From: Macrostomum lignano
Lineage: Eukaryota
Assembly: GCA_002269645.1 (NCBI GenBank)
Contig: NIVC01000023.1
Coordinates: forward strand, 62,001 to 126,000
Length of the DNA stretch: 64,000 bases
Direction: 5' to 3'
Shown here: positions 58,435 to 64,000 of the stretch, piece by piece
Layout: each line of letters begins with the position of its first letter
Position numbering within the stretch: the first letter of the stretch is position 1
The notes under the pieces: generated by a model
Databases searched by the model: none
Seen by the model: the letters and a program-made list of their open reading frames with translations, nothing else
What the model was told of the DNA's origin: nothing
Made by a program: the position numbers and the translations under genes

Positions 58435-60160
58435 ATACCTGATCTATCTAGGTGACTCCTCTCCCACCTGATCTATCCAGGTGACACCCCAGTCTTACAA
58501 AGTGGATAAGCTCCTCTCCCACCTGATCTATCCAGGTGACACCCGAGTCTAACAAAGTGAATAAGCTCCTCTCCCACCTGATCTATCCAGGTGACACCCC
58601 AGTCTATCAAAGTGGATAAGCTCCTCTCCCACCTGATCTATCCAGGTGACACCCCAGTCTATCAAAGTGGATAAGCTCCTCTCCCACCTGATCTTATCCA
58701 GGTGACACTCCAGTCTATCAAAGTGGATAAGCTCCTCTCCCACCTGATCTATCCAGGTGACACCCCAGTCTATCAAAGTAGATAAGCTCCTCTCCCACCT
58801 GATCTATCCAGGTGACACCCGAGTCTATCAAAGTGGATTAGCTCCTCTCCCACCTGATCTATCCAGGTGACACCCCAGTCTATCAAAGTGGATAAGCTCC
58901 TCTCCTACCTGATCCATCCAGGTACACCCGAGTCTATCAAAGTGGATAAGCTCCTCTCCCACCTGATCTATCCAGGTGACACCCGAGTCTATCAAAGTGG
59001 ATAAGCTCCTCTCCCATCTGATCTATCCAGGTGACACCCCAGTCTAACAAAGTGGATAAGCTCCTCTCCCACCTGATCTATCCAGGTGACACCTGAGTCT
59101 AACAAAGTGGATAAGCTCCTCTCCCACCTGATCTATCCAGGTGACACCCCAGTCTAACAAAGTGGATAAGCTCCTCTCCCACCTGATCTATCCAGGGGAC
59201 ACCCGAGTCTATCAAAGTGGATAAGCTCCTCTCCCACCTGATCTATCCAGGTGACACCCCAGTCTAACAAAGTGGATAAGCTCCTCTCCCACCTGATCTA
59301 TCCAGGTGACACCCCAGTCTAACAAAGTGGATAAGCTCCTCTCCCACCTGATCTATCCAGGTGACACCCCAGTCTAACAAAGTGGATAAGCTCCTCTCCC
59401 ACCTGATCTATCCAGGTGACACCCCAGTCTAACAAAGTGAATAAGCTCCTCTCCCACCTGATCTATCCAGGTGACACCCCAGTCTATCAAAGTGGATAAG
59501 CTCCTCTCCCACCTGATCTATCCAGGTGACACCCCAGTCTATCAAAGTGGATAAGCTCCTCTCCCACCTGATCTATCCAGGTGACACCCGAGTCTATCAA
59601 AGTGGATAAGCTCCTCTCCCACCTGATCTATCCAGGTGACACCCCAGTCTATCAAAGTGGATAAGCTCCTCTCCCACCTGATCCATCCAGGTACACCCGA
59701 GTCTATCAAAGTGGATAAGCTCCTCTCCCACCTGATCTATCCAGGTGACACCCGAGTCTATCAAAGTGGATAAGCTCCTCTCCCACCTGATCTATCCAGG
59801 TGACACCCCAGTCTATCAAAGTGGATAAGCTCCTCTCCCACCTGATCTATCCAGGTGACACCCGAGTCTAACAAAGTGAATAAGCTCCTCTCCCACCTGA
59901 TCTATCCAGGTGACACCCGAGTCTAACAAAGTGGATAAGCTCCTCTCCCACCTGATCTATCCAGGTGACACCCCAGTCTATCAAAGTGGATAAGCTCCTC
60001 TCCCACCTGATCTATCCAGGTGACACCCGAGTCTAACAAAGTGGATAAGCTCCTCTCCCACCTGATCTATCCAGGTGACACCCCAGTCTATCAAAGTGGA
60101 TGAGCTCCTCTCCCACCTGATCTATCCAGGTGACACAACTGTCTAACGAAGTGGATAAGA
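58435..60160. repeat. 55 bp minisatellite GATAAGCTCCTCTCCCACCTGATCTATCCAGGTGACACCCCAGTCTATCAAAGTG (about 31 copies)
   Basis: Period 55 checked (59495 to 59550). Confidence 0.97.
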
Positions 60161-60191
60161 TCTGTCTTTTGAATTTTGAATCACATTTCAG

Positions 60192-63100
60192 AAGCGACAT
60201 ACTAGCAGAGATTGCCCGTCTGAAAGCCATCGTACTGCCAGACTTTGCCAAGGATTTGTTCGTTGGTCGGGGTATTCGACTGCCGGAGTGAGTCTTGCAA
60301 TATACGTATTACTCCGTACTGTGATATTATGATACTATGAATAAGTGGCTTAATGTTGTTGTATAAATAAATCAGATTTCATTAAAATAATTTTTGCCGT
60401 CAATCTTTTTACAGAAGTCACGCGCTTAACAATCCGAAGAAGACGCTGGCGGCCGGTGATCCAGGTGAGCTTGCCGAGGAACTGGATTGCACTTTTAGTT
60501 GGCTTTGGAATTACTTGATGATTGGGAGGTAGCAGAGACCTACTGGGTGATTGGGAAGTAGCAGAGGCCTACTGGGTGATTGGGAAGTAGCAGAGGCCTA
60601 CTGGGTGATGGGGAGGTTGCAGCAGCCTACTGGGTGATTGGGAGGTAGCAGCAGCCTACTGGGTGATTGGGAGGTAGCAGAGACCTACCTCGATGATTGG
60701 GAGGTAGAAGAGACCTACTGAGAGACTAAGAGACTTACCGGAAGACTGTCTTGAGACTATATATGATGAAAATGTGTGCAATTAGACTACAGTTGCATTG
60801 CTACGTCTTTATACGCCCTTATTAAGCGTTCAAACCATTCTTAACCCCACCCGCAGTCCTTGATGCGCTGTTACACCAAGCTCAGCAACCAAGTCGCATT
60901 ATTGACGAATCTGGCAACGTTCTCATTGCCAGCAGTGGCGACTCGCAGCAGCACCAACAGCCTAAACGACAAGTATTTGCTGCTGACGTTACTGCCAAAC
61001 CGAATGTTTCTACCGAGTGAGTTCCATATACTCTAGAGACGACTTTAATTGAACATAGGCCAAAATTCAAGCAGATCGCCCGTCAATTGCTATTCTATTT
61101 TTAAATGCAGAAGTCAGCCAAAGCCAAAGACAGACAATGGTTCAAATCAAACGCAGCAGCAGCCGCCACCGCAAGAGCAACTGGAATCTCTGGAAGAAGA
61201 GCAGAAGCAGCAACCCGAGCCGACAGATAACAAAGATGTCGCTAAGGAGGAGCAGGAGGAGCCAATGGAGCCTCTGCCTGAGCCGTTTCTTGGTCTGCCC
61301 AGCGAGTGGATGCGCAACGACGCGGACTTGAGCGGAAAAATTCAGACCGACGAGGGCAACATACAGGAGTGAGTTGCCGACGCTTGGCGCCAAATTAGTT
61401 TGCAGTGAGCAGACTGATAACTATCGTAGAGAGCCTCAAATCAGACTGATAACTATCATAGAGAGCCTTAAATCAAACTGCTATCATAGAGAGCCTCAAA
61501 TTAGACTGATCACTATCGTAGAGAGCCTCAAATTAGACTGATCACTATCGTAGAGAGCCTCAAATCAGACTGATAACTATCGTAGAGAGCCTCAAATCAG
61601 ACTGATAACTATCATAGAGAGCCTTAAATCAAACTGCTATCATAGAGAGCCTCAAATTAGACTGATCACTATCGTAGAGAGCCTCAAATTAGACTGATCA
61701 CTATCGTAGAGAGCCTCAAATTAGACTGATCACTATCGTAGAGAGCCTCAAATTAGACTGATCACTATCGTAGAGAGCCTCAAATTAGACTGATCACTAT
61801 CGTAGAGAGCCTCAAATTAGACTGATCACTATCGTAGAGAGCCTCAAATTAGACTGATCACTATCGTAGAGAGCCTCAAATTAGACTGATCACTATCGTA
61901 GAGAGCCTCATTATCAAACTGAAAATTATTGTATAGCGCTTAAAGTCAAACAGATTGTACGAACGAACGAAAGAGTAGAGCCTTGAACAAAACTTCTAGC
62001 TATCGTAGAGAGCCCCTTTGTATTATAGCAATTGAAATCCATGAAGGGTTATTATAACTAGCGGCGACTGTGAAATGATACTGGATACTCTAACAGTTTA
62101 ATAATGCCGTAGAAAGCCTTATAAATTATTAAAGATACTTTTAAAACAAGCCTTGAGCCAGCACAAAATTTCTAAATTTCCAGGCAGATCAAGCGTCTTG
62201 ACCTGCCGCCAGCTCTAACCGGCTACCTATTGGCTATATTTGCCGCTTCGAGCCACGCCAGGGCGGCACCGCTAAGCCTCGAACTTGGCAGACTGATTGG
62301 CCAGCGCTTGCTTCTAACGCCGGAATCTTTTAACACTGGCGGCACCGCAACCAGGAGCCTGATTGGCTGGCTTCGGCGAGGACTGGTATGTTTTTTTCAT
62401 GAAAAATACCTCTAATTGTATTGTTCGGACGATTGTTTAACAGTTTTGTTTAACACTGTCCAGTTAGGCGCGAATTTAAATGCAATTATGAATAATTAAC
62501 CAAAAGAATTTATTGATATTGCTCAAGTGTTCATCATTTTATCAAAATTTAATTAAATACTTGCATCTGCAGATAAAATTGTTTACGTTTTTTTCTCTCC
62601 ATAGGACTTATTTCACGATGTAGACCGAGAGGTCAAAGGCTCCATCTCTCTGATTGCCTTCCTGGACATTCTGTCTTCCATGCGAGGCATGCCGCTTGAC
62701 AATGAAGAGATGTCCAGCCTGCAAAGCGCCTTTGGATTGGTGAGTGTCCAATTATTCAAGGACGCTTACGAATTTTATCGTCAATTGTCTGGATTGGAAG
62801 TCCGATTCCGTTTTTTTGACGGGTTAATTTAAGCCACAATAGTCTTTAGTGCAAATCAGATCTGCTTAAGACTTAACTGAAGTATCAAGAAGGGCATGAC
62901 TCTACCTGCTGAAGTATCATGTGTAGGATAAACACCCTATTACCTGGGATAAACTATTACCCCAGTCAATGCTGGTACCCATTTTACAGCTGGGTGAACT
63001 CAAGAAACCCAGAGTTAAGTGTTTGCTCAAGGACACAAATTGTTCCAGTGGTTTCGGGAATCGAACCTCCAACCTTGAAGTCGTGAGTCCGATGCTCTAA

Positions 63101-63270
63101 ACATTTAGGCTAAAACCCCTATAAAGTATCACGGAGGGTGGCACATTTGCATGTACAAATGTGCAAAAAACCCGCTATTTGAATTTCAGAGTGGCGACTC
63201 TGTATCAAAGTTGACCTTCCTCACTCTGCTGCCATTTCTATTGGACACACTCAACAGAATCAAAGCCTGA
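60192..63270 (+). CDS. Protein with C-terminal degenerate EF-hand motifs, 3' exons (may be the same gene as 54508-56953)
   Basis: Phase-consistent exons 60192-60287, 60415-60464, 60857-61016, 61111-61368, 62184-62385, 62605-62739 and probable last exon 63190-63270 (TGA; AATAAA near 63444). LFHDVDREVKGSISLIAFLDIL is EF-hand-like. Confidence 0.72.
60520..60722. repeat. 29 bp minisatellite GGGTGATTGGGAGGTAGCAGAGGCCTACT, intronic
   Basis: Period 29 (60545 to 60574). Confidence 0.9.
61410..61910. repeat. 32 bp minisatellite AGACTGATCACTATCGTAGAGAGCCTCAAATT, intronic
   Basis: Direct. Confidence 0.95.
62850..63120 (-). mobile_element. tRNA-derived SINE-like element, intronic
   Basis: Minus strand GGGGTTTTAGCCTAAATG...GGTTCGATTCCC (B-box), then GTGTCCTTGAGCAAACACTTAAC...TCACCCAGCTGTAAAATGGGTACCAGC, resembling conserved SINE central domains; related fragment at 17540-17650. 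Boundaries approximate. Confidence 0.7.
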
Positions 63271-64000
63271 ACTTTTATTGCTATGTGTGGTTGATTACTA
63301 CTTACATATAACTATTTCAACGAGTAGCATGCTGTGAATATATAAAAGATTTTTGGTTTTTTTCTTCATAACAATTTTTTTTGTTATTTTGTTATGCTTA
63401 AAATCGTAAATTAATTACGGTGAATCACTTGAACTTTCTAAAAAATAAAAAACGTTTAACCAAGCGAAATTTGAAATCATATAGTTTGCTAACTGATTGA
63501 TTTTAGCTGAAACTAGATTACTTGACTCAATCACCTTCAGTGTCCTGTGTCTTACTTATTAGCTGTTGTTTTAGATATTAGGAAATTCTTAAGATATTTT
63601 TAACCTCGCTCCGGCGCCTTTGTCTTCGTGCGAAATGTTTTGTTGACAGTAAATTTGGTTTTATTTTAACAGTTGAATCAAAATATATTTCTATTTTTTG
63701 CCAAATGTTTCTGCTTCTGCTTTGCCGTGCGTGTTAAAAAAATTGACCTGTTCTTTTCGATGTTTTTTGTTATTTTTTATTTAATTTTTATATGCGCACT
63801 TGGCGACAGGTTTAATAGTACAGCATGTACTTTCAGAATTTATATTTTGAAGAAACATATGGCTACTATATAGTGAAATAAAACAAATTAAATAGAAATT
63901 ATTCAGCACAAAAGGCAAAGATAATTTATTTAAGTTAGACAATTTAATTGAAGATCAATTTTTTTGCTTTCCCTAATATTAGATAAACAAATAAAGAATT

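Noticed and set aside
58435-60160. CRISPR-like appearance of the regular 30-55 bp arrays (also 11920-13473, 25505-26435, 30140-31092)
   Set aside because: Units are head-to-tail with no unique spacers, there are no cas genes, and the context is spliced eukaryotic genes.

Overview
Eukaryotic (animal) genomic DNA. Short exons are separated by introns largely filled with intron-specific minisatellites, and DNA transposons cluster in the gaps between divergent genes. The Gln/Ala-rich proteins and minisatellite-filled introns recall a flatworm such as Macrostomum, but this is inference only. Contents in order: (1) an apparently intact BEL/Pao LTR retrotransposon (gag-pol ORF open from before base 1 to 4992, PPT, ~220 bp 3' LTR) lying antisense inside the first intron of NAE1; (2) NAE1 exon 1 (-); (3) a 7-exon CCDC57 orthologue (-) with a probable GC-AG intron and an unlocated first coding exon; (4) non-autonomous TIR elements; (5) a complete 6-exon PKA type I regulatory subunit gene (+); (6) a 4-exon THAP-domain gene (+); (7) an orphan minus-strand gene with an in-frame TGA followed by 145 further open codons; (8) a TA-flanked foldback element holding a coding-like spacer; (9) SLC35B2/PAPST1 (-); (10) a modular foldback repeat and a 4.7 kb hAT transposon with a perfect 8 bp TSD whose spliced transposase has six nonsense codons but no frameshift; (11) an unrecognised plus-strand gene or gene pair ending in degenerate EF-hands. 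Two 165 bp copies (1 mismatch) of a (GACA)n-linked element lie 47 kb apart, and there are tRNA-derived SINE-like copies. No CRISPR, rRNA or intact tRNA was found. All gene models were spliced by hand with phase checks; no database searches were run, and homology calls are from remembered motifs.
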